From: an uncultured Methanosarcinales archaeon
GTDB lineage: Archaea > Nanobdellota > Nanobdellia > Woesearchaeales > GW2011-AR4
Assembly (NCBI GenBank): GCA_964454865.1
Contig: CAYVTQ010000003.1
Span: 1 to 52,813 of the forward strand
DNA length: 52,813 nucleotides
Direction: 5' to 3'
Part shown: piece after piece, positions 37,390 to 46,246 of the stretch
Layout of the letters: every line of letters begins with the position of its first letter
Position numbering within the stretch: position 1 is the stretch's first letter
Notes under the pieces: model-generated
Told to the model about the DNA's origin: nothing
The model's database searches: none
What the model saw: only the letters and a program-made list of their open reading frames with translations
Made by a program: the position numbers and the translations under genes

Positions 37390-37596
37390 GCCCTGGTAGT
37401 GTAGCCTGGAACAGCGGAAAAGGACGTGATGCTGCAGGAACCATCATGGAGCCCTGTCAACAACTTTGGCAGACCGGCTCCGACTCGGGTTCAAAACAAC
37501 CTTTTCTTTCGCCTCCTCTGCGAGTCGGCAAAGAAAAGCTTGACAAAAAATAAGGATTTGCTGCGCAAATCGTTGGTGGAAGTCCCGACCAGGGCG
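37390..37596 (+). tRNA. tRNA-Asp(GUC) with three introns (D-loop about 30 nt, anticodon loop 15 nt, T-loop about 87 nt)
   Basis: Acceptor GCCCTGG/CCAGGGC plus discriminator G. D-stem GTGT/TCAT. Anticodon stem GAGCC/GGCTC with loop CTGTCAA, interrupted after the loop (37461-37475). T-stem TCGGG (37485-89) and CCCGA (37584-88) separated by TTCAAA plus a long insert. Exon sequence resembles archaeal tRNA-Asp. Intron borders are approximate. Confidence 0.7.
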
Positions 37597-37614
37597 CTCT
37601 TGCTCAATCATCAC

Positions 37615-37737
37615 GGGCCGGTAGCTCAGCCTGGTAAAATTTGCCTTTGGGCAATAGAGCATCTGTCGGGAATATACAAATATTCACGGGTGTGACTTTT
37701 AATCAGGTGGTCGCGAGTTCGAATCTCGTCCGGCCCA
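37615..37737 (+). tRNA. tRNA-Lys(UUU) with two non-canonical introns (D-loop 20 nt, anticodon-stem 29 nt)
   Basis: Removing 37637-37656 and 37666-37694 gives a canonical 74-nt cloverleaf: GGGCCGG TA GCTC AGCCTGGTA GAGC A TCTGA CTTTTAA TCAGG TGGTC GCGAG TTCGAAT CTCGT CCGGCCC A. No encoded CCA. Confidence 0.85.
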
Positions 37738-37752
37738 TTAATAAAGACAAAG

Positions 37753-37998
37753 ATGACAAAGAAAAAATTCAAGGTCGATAAGCATATATTGACGCCTAAG
37801 CACGCAAAAATCAGCGATAAGGAAAAAGCGCAGATTTTGGAGAAGTACGGCATAACTGAAAAGGAAATGCCAAAAATACTAAAAACTGATTCTGCTATTG
37901 CCGGCCTTGACATTAAAGCATGGGAGATTATTAAGATCACAAGAAAAAGCCAGACTGCGGGCGAGGCTCTGTTTTACAGGGTGGTGGTTGATGTATAA
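37753..37998 (+). CDS. rpoH: DNA-directed RNA polymerase subunit H (Rpo5)
   Basis: HILTPKHAKISDKEKAQILEKYGI...LPKI...ITRKSQTAGEALFYRVVV. Starts 15 nt after tRNA-Lys. Confidence 0.9.
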   Translation: MTKKKFKVDKHILTPKHAKISDKEKAQILEKYGITEKEMPKILKTDSAIAGLDIKAWEIIKITRKSQTAGEALFYRVVVDV

Positions 37999-39475
37999 GT
38001 ACGGCAAAATTCTCATCCAAAAATATTTTGAGGAGCAGAGCTTTGTAGATTCAGATATAGAGTCTTTCAATTATTTTGTTGACAAGGAGCTGCAGAAAAT
38101 AGTCGAAGAGAACAAGGAAATTATTCCGACCATCATCCCCCACAACATTGACGATTTCAAGATAAAGCTGGACAAGATATGGGTTACAAAGCCGGAGATA
38201 ACAGAAGCTGACGGCAGCAAGAGAAAAATTTTCCCGATTGAAGCAAGGCTGAGAAAAATAACTTATTCTTCGCCTATTTTCATCAGTGTAAGCGCCCATA
38301 TAAATGGCGTGCAGAGGGAAAGCTTTGAGACACAGATCGGAAATCTTCCGATAATGCTGAAGAGCAAATGGTGCCATCTGCACAAGATGAGGAGGGAAGA
38401 GCTTATACAAAAAGGGGAGGATCCTGACGAGCCCGGCGGATATTTTATCATCAATGGAACCGAAAAGGTCCTGATTAAGATTGAAGACCTCGCATCAAAC
38501 AAAATGCTTATTGATAAAGACGCCACAACAGGGCAGTTCGCAGGCAAATTGTTCTCTGAATACGGCTCATTCAAAATCCCCCATACCATGGACAAGCAGA
38601 AAGATGGGATTTTTTACCTGACCTTCACAAGAGTAAGGAAGATACCGGTTGTTGTATTGATTAAAGCGCTTGGGATACTCAAAGATGAGGAGATAACAAG
38701 GCTTATTTCTTCAACAAAGACTTATGATGAGGTTCTGATAAATCTTCTTGAGTTTGTTTCAATAAAGACGCAGGAGGAGTCGCTGGATTATATCGCAAAG
38801 AGAATCGGAATCACCCAGTCCAAGGAAGTGAGGGTGGAAAGGACAAAGGAGATACTTGACAAATATTTAATGCCCAATCTTGGAATTGACGAGGCAAGCA
38901 GAATCAGAAAGGCTTACAGCATCTGCAAAATGCTGAAGAGGTACCTGGGCGCCCTGAATGGGGAAATAGGCGTTGACGATAAAGACCACTACATGAACAA
39001 AAGGCTCAAGATGAGCGGAGACCTGCTTGCCGACCTGATAAGGCTGAATCTTAAGGTGCTTATAGGTGATTTGCTGTACAATTTCCAAAGGACTGTCAAG
39101 AGGGGAAAATTCCCATCAATAAAGAATATGATCAGGGACAAGCTGCTTACGCAAAGGATATATTCTTCGATGGCAACAGGAGTATGGGTCGGCGGCAGAA
39201 AAGGGATAAGCCAGAGAATCCAAAGGCTGAATCACCTTGAGACATTATCCCACCTTCAGAGAGTAGTAAGCCCGCTGAGCGCTGAGCAGGAGAACTTTGA
39301 GGCCCGAGAGCTGCATCCGACACATTTGGGAAGGCTATGCCCTATTGAGACTCCTGAAGGTACAAATATCGGATTGAGGAAGAACCTGTCATTGCTATGC
39401 ACAATCTCCGACGAATCGAACAGGGACGATGTAATCAAGTCGCTGAAAAACATGGGGCTTAGGCTGGTGGCTTAA
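37991..39475 (+). CDS. rpoB2: DNA-directed RNA polymerase subunit B'' (N-terminal half of Rpo2)
   Basis: GGYFIINGTEKVLI and others. Start set at ATG 37991, overlapping the rpoH stop. The longer track ORF (37898) is an upstream read-through. Confidence 0.95.
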   Translation: MYKYGKILIQKYFEEQSFVDSDIESFNYFVDKELQKIVEENKEIIPTIIPHNIDDFKIKLDKIWVTKPEITEADGSKRKIFPIEARLRKITYSSPIFISVSAHINGVQRESFETQIGNLPIMLKSKWCHLHKMRREELIQKGEDPDEPGGYFIINGTEKVLIKIEDLASNKMLIDKDATTGQFAGKLFSEYGSFKIPHTMDKQKDGIFYLTFTRVRKIPVVVLIKALGILKDEEITRLISSTKTYDEVLINLLEFVSIKTQEESLDYIAKRIGITQSKEVRVERTKEILDKYLMPNLGIDEASRIRKAYSICKMLKRYLGALNGEIGVDDKDHYMNKRLKMSGDLLADLIRLNLKVLIGDLLYNFQRTVKRGKFPSIKNMIRDKLLTQRIYSSMATGVWVGGRKGISQRIQRLNHLETLSHLQRVVSPLSAEQENFEARELHPTHLGRLCPIETPEGTNIGLRKNLSLLCTISDESNRDDVIKSLKNMGLRLVA

Positions 39476-39476
39476 A

Positions 39477-41282
39477 ATGGAAGCTGAAGTATACCTGAAC
39501 AACGAATTTATCGGGACTGTTGACAATCCGGCAGAGTTTGTAAGCAGAGTAAAGGAAGAAAGGAGGCTCGGCAGCCTGACAAATAATCTTAATGTATCTT
39601 ATTTTCAGAAAACAAATGAAGTGTACATAGAATGCAGCAAGGGAAGGGCAAGGAGGCCATTGATAGTTGTGAAAGACGGCTTGCCTTTGCTGACTGAAAA
39701 GCATATCAAGCAGCTTGAAAAGAATGAGATTTCATGGTCGGATCTTGTAAAACAGGGTATCATCGAGTATCTTGATGCAAGAGAAGAGGAGGATGTGCTG
39801 ATAGCATTTTTTGAGAATGAACTGACCCCAAATCACACCCATCTTGAAATAATGCCTTTGGCAATGCTGGGCTATTGCTCCTCTCTCGTCCCATACGGCA
39901 ACTTCAACCAGTCAACAAGGCTCAATGCCGGCTCAAAAAACCAGAAGCAGGCATTAGGCTTCTACGCTTCCAATTTCTCCGTAAGGATGGATATGGACGT
40001 AAATCTTCTTCATTACTCCCAAAATCCTGTTGTGCAGACGATAATGCACAACATTTCAGATTATGGCAAGCATCCTGCCGGGCAGAATATTGTAGTTGCA
40101 ATAATGAGCTATAAAGGATACAACATGGAGGATGCAGTAATCCTCAACAGAGGCTCGATAGAAAGAGGATTTGGAAGGTCCACATATTACAGGCCAAGCA
40201 TAGCTGAAGAATTGAGATATGCCGGCGGCTTAATCGATGAAGTATGCACTCCGAACAAGGATGTCAAGGGATACAAAAGTGAAAAGGATTACAGATTGCT
40301 TGAGGAAGACGGAGTTATATATACAGAAGCAAAAGTAAAGGAAGGCGATGTAGTGATAGGAAAGACATCCCCGCCAAGGTTCCTAAGCTCAATGGAGGAT
40401 TACAGCCTTGCTTCAAATGTAAGAAGGGAAAGCTCGATAGCATTGCAGCATGGAGAAGAAGGGGTCATTGATTTTGTATTGCTTACAGAAAATGAAGAGG
40501 GCAACAAGCTTTTTGAAGTTAGGATAAGGGACCAGAGAATTCCTGAGATAGGGGATAAGTTTACAAGCAGGCACGGGCAGAAAGGAATTGTCGGATTGAT
40601 TGTCCCCCAGGCAGACATGCCGTTTACAGCATCAGGCATCATGCCGGATTTGATATTCTCGCCGCATGGAATACCTTCAAGAATGACCATTGCGCATTTG
40701 ATTGAGATGGTGGCAGGGAAAACAGGGGCGCTGGCTGGAAGATATATCAATGGAACTACTTTTGATGCGGAGCCTGAAGAGATGCTGAGAAAAGAGCTTT
40801 TGGGCTTGGGATTCAATGAAAGCGGCGTTGAAACTATGTATAACGGAGAGACAGGAGAGGAATACCAAGCCAAGATATACATCGGAAATATGTATTATCT
40901 AAAGCTCAAGCATATGGTGGCAAATAAGATACATTCAAGGGCACGCGGCCCGATACAGCTGCTTACAAGGCAGCCTACTGAAGGAAGGGCAAAAGAAGGG
41001 GGCCTGAGGCTTGGAGAAATGGAGAAAGATACTTTTGTAGCGCATGGCGCATCTTTATTGCTTAAAGAGAGGTTTGACAGCGACAGGACGATAGTCCCTG
41101 TATGCGAAAGCTGCGGAATTATCGCTATAAAGGATGAATACAGAAACAAGGCCTACTGCCAGATCTGCGGAGAGAACACAACGATAAGTGAGATAGATAT
41201 GAGCTACGCGTTCAAGCTTATGCTGGACGAGCTTAAGTCACTAGGGGTCTATCCAAAGCTGGAATTGAAAAGCAAATATTAG
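39477..41282 (+). CDS. rpoB1: DNA-directed RNA polymerase subunit B' (C-terminal half of Rpo2)
   Basis: GDKFTSRHGQKG, GYNMEDAV, and C-terminal zinc motif CESCG...CQICG. 1-nt gap after B''. Confidence 0.95.
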   Translation: MEAEVYLNNEFIGTVDNPAEFVSRVKEERRLGSLTNNLNVSYFQKTNEVYIECSKGRARRPLIVVKDGLPLLTEKHIKQLEKNEISWSDLVKQGIIEYLDAREEEDVLIAFFENELTPNHTHLEIMPLAMLGYCSSLVPYGNFNQSTRLNAGSKNQKQALGFYASNFSVRMDMDVNLLHYSQNPVVQTIMHNISDYGKHPAGQNIVVAIMSYKGYNMEDAVILNRGSIERGFGRSTYYRPSIAEELRYAGGLIDEVCTPNKDVKGYKSEKDYRLLEEDGVIYTEAKVKEGDVVIGKTSPPRFLSSMEDYSLASNVRRESSIALQHGEEGVIDFVLLTENEEGNKLFEVRIRDQRIPEIGDKFTSRHGQKGIVGLIVPQADMPFTASGIMPDLIFSPHGIPSRMTIAHLIEMVAGKTGALAGRYINGTTFDAEPEEMLRKELLGLGFNESGVETMYNGETGEEYQAKIYIGNMYYLKLKHMVANKIHSRARGPIQLLTRQPTEGRAKEGGLRLGEMEKDTFVAHGASLLLKERFDSDRTIVPVCESCGIIAIKDEYRNKAYCQICGENTTISEIDMSYAFKLMLDELKSLGVYPKLELKSKY

Positions 41283-41435
41283 GGAGTGTCAGGATATAGT
41301 AAAAGGCTAAAAATTTGAGCAATAAATTGCCTTTTACTCATACTCATTCCATTCGTAGCTTACAACAAGTTGTAAGTATTAGGAACGGACAACTATTGCT
41401 CAATAGATTTTGTCCGTGAGTATAGTTATCATAGG
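41283..41435 (+). other. 153-nt hairpin-rich spacer between rpoB' and rpoA' (possible degenerate family-1-related insertion or ncRNA)
   Basis: Three strong hairpins. AGTAAAAGGC...GCCTTTTACT (41298-41338). CTTACAA-caag-TTGTAAG (41359-41376). ACGGACAA-CTATT..AATAG-TTGTCCGT (41385-41417). Confidence 0.5.
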
Positions 41436-44156
41436 ATGGGTGATTTTGTAAAAATGCCAAAAGAAGCTGAAGCAAAGGAAGTCAAGGAAGAAGAGAAAAA
41501 GGCTCCTGAAAAGGAAGAGAAGGAAGCAAAGAAAGAAATTGAAAGGATTGAGCCTGATGAGCATTATATTTACAAGCAAGTGAAGAGCATCGTGTTTTCT
41601 GTCTTATCTCCGAAGATGATAAAGAAAATGGCGTCTGCGAAAGTGGTTACGCCTGAGCTTTATGACAAGGAAGGGTATCCCGTTGACGGCGGATTGATGG
41701 ATATAAGATTGGGAGTTATCGATCCCGGATTGAGATGCAAGACGTGCGGATTAAAGCTGAAGGAATGCATCGGGCATTTTGGATATATCGAGCTTGCAAG
41801 GCCAATCATCCACATTAAATTTGTAGGAATCATCCTGACACTCCTGAAATGCTCCTGCAGAGACTGCGGCAGGATACTTATTCCGGAAAACAAGATAAGC
41901 AAAATAAAGGAAGTTCTTGATGCCGTTGAGAAAGAAGGAAGCATTGAAGACAGAAGAAGGAAGATAAAAGAGATAATCGCCAACTTAAAGACTGTGAATA
42001 AATGCCCACACTGCAAGGCAAAGCAGCTTAAGGTGTCGCTTGAGAAGCCTACAACTTTCCTTGAAGATGACAACAGGATAAGCCCGATAGAAGTGAGGGC
42101 AAGGCTTGAGAAAATACCTGACGGGGATGCCGAGCTTTTTGGATTGAAAGTGCCGCATATAAGGCCGGAGTGGATGGTAATGACGCTGCTGCCAATCCCG
42201 CCTGTGACAATGCGCCCAAGCATAACTCTTGAATCCGGAGAAAGAAGCGAGGATGATTTGACGCACAAGATGGGGGATATTGTAAGGATCAACCAAAGAT
42301 TGTTCGAGAATATTAATGCAGGAGCGCCTGAAATCATAGTAGAGGACTTATGGGATTTGCTCCAGTACCACATCACAACTTACTTTGACAACAGCGTTGC
42401 GCAGCTGCCTCCTGCAAGGCACAGAAGCGGGCAGCCCTTGAAGACGCTGACAGAGAGAATAAAGAGCAAGGAAGGGAGAATCAGGCATAACCTGGCAGGA
42501 AAGAGGACAAATTTCTCTGCAAGGACCGTAATAAGCCCGGATCCGATGATTGAGCTGAATGAGGTAGGCATCCCATTGGTAATTGCAATGAAGCTTACTG
42601 TGCCTGAAAGGGCAAATGAGTGGAACATGGCATACTTGAAGAAGTTCGTGGAGAATGGACCTGACAAATATCCCGGCGCTAACTATATCATAAGGCCTGA
42701 CGGCAAAAAGAAAAAGATAACTGACGAGACCAAAGAGGCTTCTTTGGAAGAGCTGCAGCCGGGCTATCTGATTGAAAGGCACCTGATGGACGGCGATGTA
42801 ACAATATTCAACAGGCAGCCAAGCCTGCACAGGATGTCAATGATGTGCCATAGGGCAAAGATACTGCCTGGCAAGACCTTAAGGCTAAATCCTGCTGTAT
42901 GCAACCCATACAATGCTGATTTTGATGGGGACGAGATGAACCTGCACGTGCCTCAGACAGAGGAGGCAAGGATAGAAGCCGAGATTTTGATGGAAGTGCA
43001 GACCCAGCTTATTTCATTAAGGTATGGGCTGAGTGTTATAGGATGCATGCAGGACTCAATATCCGGAAATTACCTACTGACAAAAGACTTAAACCTTACA
43101 AGGCAGGAAGCTATAGACCTGCTGAGCGCTGTCGGGCTCACTGAATTTTCAAAGCTGCCGAGAAAAAGTATGATGAGCGGAAAGGAAGTTTTCAGCATGC
43201 TTCTCCCCGAGGATTTTAATTATGAAGGAAATTCGAGATTATTTGACCCGTCCAAGCAGGATAATGAAAAGGATGCTTTTGTCGTCATAGAAAATGGAAA
43301 GATTATAAGCGGGGTTATGGATAGGTCAAGCTTGGGCGAGGAGTCGGGGCTGCTTTTGAGAAGGCTGCACCAGAAATATGGAAAGGATTTCACGATAAAA
43401 TTGCTTGGAAAAATTTTTAGGCTGGGCATCGAAGTCCTGCTAAGGACAGGATTTACAGCAGCATTGGCCGACACCGACATGCCTCCAGACGCAAAGATGA
43501 AGCTGAAAGAAGTGATTGGCAATGCTGAAAAGGATGTAACAAAGCTCATAAATGACTATAATGAGGGCAGGCTTGAAACCTTTCCCGGAAAGAGCCCTAT
43601 GGAAACTCTGGAGCTGAGAATACTTGAAGTTCTGAACAAGGCAAGAAACGAAACAGGCAGTGTTGTTGCAAAGTATGCCGACCAAAACTCAAACACTATG
43701 ATTATGGCAAAATCAGGGGCAAGGGGCAATTTGCTTAATCTTGCCCAGATGGCTGCCTGCGTCGGACAGCAGGCTATGAGGGGCAAAAGAATAGATAAGG
43801 GGTATGAAGGCAGAACTTTGTCATGCTTTTCAAGGGGGGATTTAAGCCCTGTTGCAAGGGGATTCATAGCGAATGGGTTCAAGACAGGGCTGACGCCGCA
43901 GGAATTTTTCTTCGGCTCAATGACAGGAAGGGACTCATTGATGGATACTGCATTAAGAACGCCTAAAAGCGGCTATCTGTACAGAAGGCTCGCCAATGCA
44001 ATGCAGGACCTGAGGATAGAGTACGACAATACTGTCAGGGACGCATCGTCTAAAATAGTGCAGTTTGCATATGGGGAAGACGGCATTGATGTCTCAAAAT
44101 CAGAAAATGGCTATGTGAATATCAAAAGGATAATCAAATCCAATCTGCAGGGGTAA
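41436..44156 (+). CDS. rpoA1: DNA-directed RNA polymerase subunit A' (Rpo1N) with Lys/Glu-rich N-terminal extension
   Basis: Zinc motif CKTCG...CIGHFGYIEL and catalytic NADFDGDEMNLH. The conserved core begins near KQVKSIVFSVLSP, after about 45 KE-rich residues. Confidence 0.95.
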   Translation: MGDFVKMPKEAEAKEVKEEEKKAPEKEEKEAKKEIERIEPDEHYIYKQVKSIVFSVLSPKMIKKMASAKVVTPELYDKEGYPVDGGLMDIRLGVIDPGLRCKTCGLKLKECIGHFGYIELARPIIHIKFVGIILTLLKCSCRDCGRILIPENKISKIKEVLDAVEKEGSIEDRRRKIKEIIANLKTVNKCPHCKAKQLKVSLEKPTTFLEDDNRISPIEVRARLEKIPDGDAELFGLKVPHIRPEWMVMTLLPIPPVTMRPSITLESGERSEDDLTHKMGDIVRINQRLFENINAGAPEIIVEDLWDLLQYHITTYFDNSVAQLPPARHRSGQPLKTLTERIKSKEGRIRHNLAGKRTNFSARTVISPDPMIELNEVGIPLVIAMKLTVPERANEWNMAYLKKFVENGPDKYPGANYIIRPDGKKKKITDETKEASLEELQPGYLIERHLMDGDVTIFNRQPSLHRMSMMCHRAKILPGKTLRLNPAVCNPYNADFDGDEMNLHVPQTEEARIEAEILMEVQTQLISLRYGLSVIGCMQDSISGNYLLTKDLNLTRQEAIDLLSAVGLTEFSKLPRKSMMSGKEVFSMLLPEDFNYEGNSRLFDPSKQDNEKDAFVVIENGKIISGVMDRSSLGEESGLLLRRLHQKYGKDFTIKLLGKIFRLGIEVLLRTGFTAALADTDMPPDAKMKLKEVIGNAEKDVTKLINDYNEGRLETFPGKSPMETLELRILEVLNKARNETGSVVAKYADQNSNTMIMAKSGARGNLLNLAQMAACVGQQAMRGKRIDKGYEGRTLSCFSRGDLSPVARGFIANGFKTGLTPQEFFFGSMTGRDSLMDTALRTPKSGYLYRRLANAMQDLRIEYDNTVRDASSKIVQFAYGEDGIDVSKSENGYVNIKRIIKSNLQG

Positions 44157-44159
44157 AAA

Positions 44160-45308
44160 ATGGAAGGAATATACAAAGAATATGAGGACAAGCTTCCGAA
44201 GAAGATGCTGGATGAAGTTGCGGAGAATGTTCCGAAGAATATAAGCCAGGCAAAGCTTAAGAAGATACTTGAAGAGGCTTTTGAGGAATATACCAATGCA
44301 CAGGTCAACCCGGGAGAGGCGGTCGGCGTGATTTCAGCAGAATCAATAGGGGAGCCGGGCACGCAGATGACATTAAATACATTCCACTTCGCCGGCGTTG
44401 CCGAAATGAACGTAACAATGGGCCTGCCAAGAATCATTGAGATCCTTGACGGCAGGAAAGAGCTTGACACTCCTATGATGGAGATTTACCTGAATAAGGA
44501 CATGGCAAAGGGGAAGGACATCGCAGAATTGAGAAAATTTGCGCTTTCTATAAAAGAAACCAGGCTGCAGGACATTGTTTCCGAGTTTTCAATCAACATC
44601 ACTGATTTGACAGTGATAGCAAAGCTTGACAAGGAAAAGATGAAAGACATAGGAATTACAAATGCAAAAGCGGTTGAGGCTATAACAAAGCAGACAAAAG
44701 GGCTTAACATCAAAGATGACGGCGATTCATTAGTCATAAAAAGCAAATCAAAGGAAGAGACTTTTAATGAAGTTTACAAAATAAAGGAAAAGATAAGGGG
44801 ATTGACTGTAAAAGGCGTAAAAGGAATACGCCAGGTGCTGCCGGTCAAAAGGGGAGAAGAGTTCATCATAATAACAGCAGGCTCGAATCTTGCAGAAGTC
44901 CTTCAGCTCGAGGAAGTTGACAGCTACAGGACAACGACAAACAACATTTTTGAGATTGAGCAGGTGCTTGGAATAGAAGCTGCAAGAGAATCAATAATAA
45001 GGGAAGTCTATAAAGTTATAGAGAGCCAGGGGCTGAATGTGGATATAAGACATATCATGCTTGTGGCTGACACCATGTGCGTGTCCGGCAGCGTTAAGGG
45101 AATCACCAGATATGGTGTTGTAAGCGAAAAGTCAAGCGTATTGGCAAGGGCATCATTTGAGACCCCTATAAAGAATATAATCAATGCTGCATTGGTTGGC
45201 GAGGTAGACGAGCTTAATTCTGTCGTAGAGAATGTCATGATAAACCAGGTAGTGCCCATAGGGACAGGACTGCCGAGCCTGTACATGAAATCAATGGGCA
45301 AAAAATAA
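44160..45308 (+). CDS. rpoA2: DNA-directed RNA polymerase subunit A'' (Rpo1C)
   Basis: Conserved order, with [28 protein letters not shown]. 3-nt gap after A'. Confidence 0.95.
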   Translation: MEGIYKEYEDKLPKKMLDEVAENVPKNISQAKLKKILEEAFEEYTNAQVNPGEAVGVISAESIGEPGTQMTLNTFHFAGVAEMNVTMGLPRIIEILDGRKELDTPMMEIYLNKDMAKGKDIAELRKFALSIKETRLQDIVSEFSINITDLTVIAKLDKEKMKDIGITNAKAVEAITKQTKGLNIKDDGDSLVIKSKSKEETFNEVYKIKEKIRGLTVKGVKGIRQVLPVKRGEEFIIITAGSNLAEVLQLEEVDSYRTTTNNIFEIEQVLGIEAARESIIREVYKVIESQGLNVDIRHIMLVADTMCVSGSVKGITRYGVVSEKSSVLARASFETPIKNIINAALVGEVDELNSVVENVMINQVVPIGTGLPSLYMKSMGKK

Positions 45309-45416
45309 AATAAAAATCCATCACCGCAAGCGGTGGGGTATTTTAGTGTTTGCTGGGAACAGCAGACACTAAACAAGTGAGGCGCCCAAAGGGGCGGGTA
45401 TCAACCCAGCAAACAA
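45309..45416 (+). promoter_or_regulatory. 108-nt structured leader upstream of rpl30e
   Basis: 14-bp hairpin with GGAA tetraloop (45342-45373), plus smaller hairpins CACCG-caag-CGGTG and CGCCC-aaag-GGGCG. TGCTGGG (45351-57) can alternatively pair with CCCAGCA (45405-11) next to the start codon. Confidence 0.4.
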
Positions 45417-45689
45417 ATGAAAACAGTAACTACAGCGGAAATAAAGAAAATTGTCCAGGCAGGAAATATAACAATAGGCACAGAGAGGACTTTAAATGGC
45501 CTGAAGCTTGGAAAAATAAAGAGAGTGCTTATGTCTTCCAACTGCCCTGAAAGAGTTGAGAAAGGCATACTGTATTATTCAGCGCTGAGCAGCGCAGAAG
45601 CTGTAAAGCTAAAATATCCAAATGATGAGCTTGGAGTCATCTGCAAGAAGCCATTTTCTATTTCTGTATTAGGAGTGCTCAAGGATTAA
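45417..45689 (+). CDS. rpl30e: Ribosomal protein L30e
   Basis: Size, operon position and ...NCPERVEKGILYYSALS...ELGVICKKPFSISVLGV. Confidence 0.9.
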   Translation: MKTVTTAEIKKIVQAGNITIGTERTLNGLKLGKIKRVLMSSNCPERVEKGILYYSALSSAEAVKLKYPNDELGVICKKPFSISVLGVLKD

Positions 45690-46103
45690 ATGACAAAGAT
45701 AAAATATGATCTTGAGCTTATCAAGATAATGCCATTGTTTGAATCCGTGACTGGGGCAAAGCTGAAGGATGCAATATCAGGCGACAGCCTCATTTTCATT
45801 GTGCAGGAAAATGAGATAGGGAAAGCAATAGGGAAGAACGGCGCCAATGTCCGGAGAGTTGAGAATATGCTGAAAAAGAATGTGAAGATTGTCGAATTCA
45901 GGAATGATGTCGCGCAGTTTGCAAGAAATGTGGCTTTTCCCTTTGAGCTGAAGAATGTTGAGCAGAAAGATGGCGTGCTCTACCTTCAATGCGGAGACAC
46001 AAAAACAAGAGGGATGCTGATCGGAAGGGACAGGAAGAATATCAATTTCATCGGAGGCATCATCAAGAGATATTTTGATGTCAAGGAGATAAAGGTTGTG
46101 TAG
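45690..46103 (+). CDS. nusA: Archaeal NusA-like KH-domain termination factor
   Basis: KH GXXG motif IGKAIGKNGANVRRVE. Conserved position between rpl30e and rps12. Confidence 0.85.
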   Translation: MTKIKYDLELIKIMPLFESVTGAKLKDAISGDSLIFIVQENEIGKAIGKNGANVRRVENMLKKNVKIVEFRNDVAQFARNVAFPFELKNVEQKDGVLYLQCGDTKTRGMLIGRDRKNINFIGGIIKRYFDVKEIKVV

Positions 46104-46211
46104 AGTACATGATGCCATTAAACCAAAGACTTAGTTTTATTTCTTTCGCATAAAAATTGCCCTCGTCTGCCGAGCTGCGCCCTCGTATGGCTGAAATTCC
46201 AAATGAGAAAC

Positions 46212-46220
46212 ATTTAAAAA
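46212..46220 (+). promoter_or_regulatory. Internal TATA-box candidate for rps12-rps7
   Basis: CATTTAAAAACC lies about 30 nt upstream of ATG 46247. Confidence 0.4.
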
Positions 46221-46246
46221 CCATATACATATCCTTTTTATATCAA

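Noticed and set aside
37371-37695. Track ORFs of 60-89 aa on both strands (37371-37553, 37426-37695, 37444-37662)
   Set aside because: They overlap the two intron-containing tRNA genes. The tRNA exon structure explains the region better.
37898-37990. Upstream extension of the rpoB'' ORF (also rps12 from 46157, rps7 from 46665 and the malic enzyme to 11482)
   Set aside because: The extensions overlap the preceding genes and lack homology-like sequence. Internal ATGs fit conserved N-termini and promoter or SD spacing.
41660-42376. 238-aa ORF antisense to rpoA' (similar ones at 42348-42830, 43220-43882 and 44111-44470)
   Set aside because: It overlaps a strongly conserved RNAP subunit on the opposite strand and has no independent signals.
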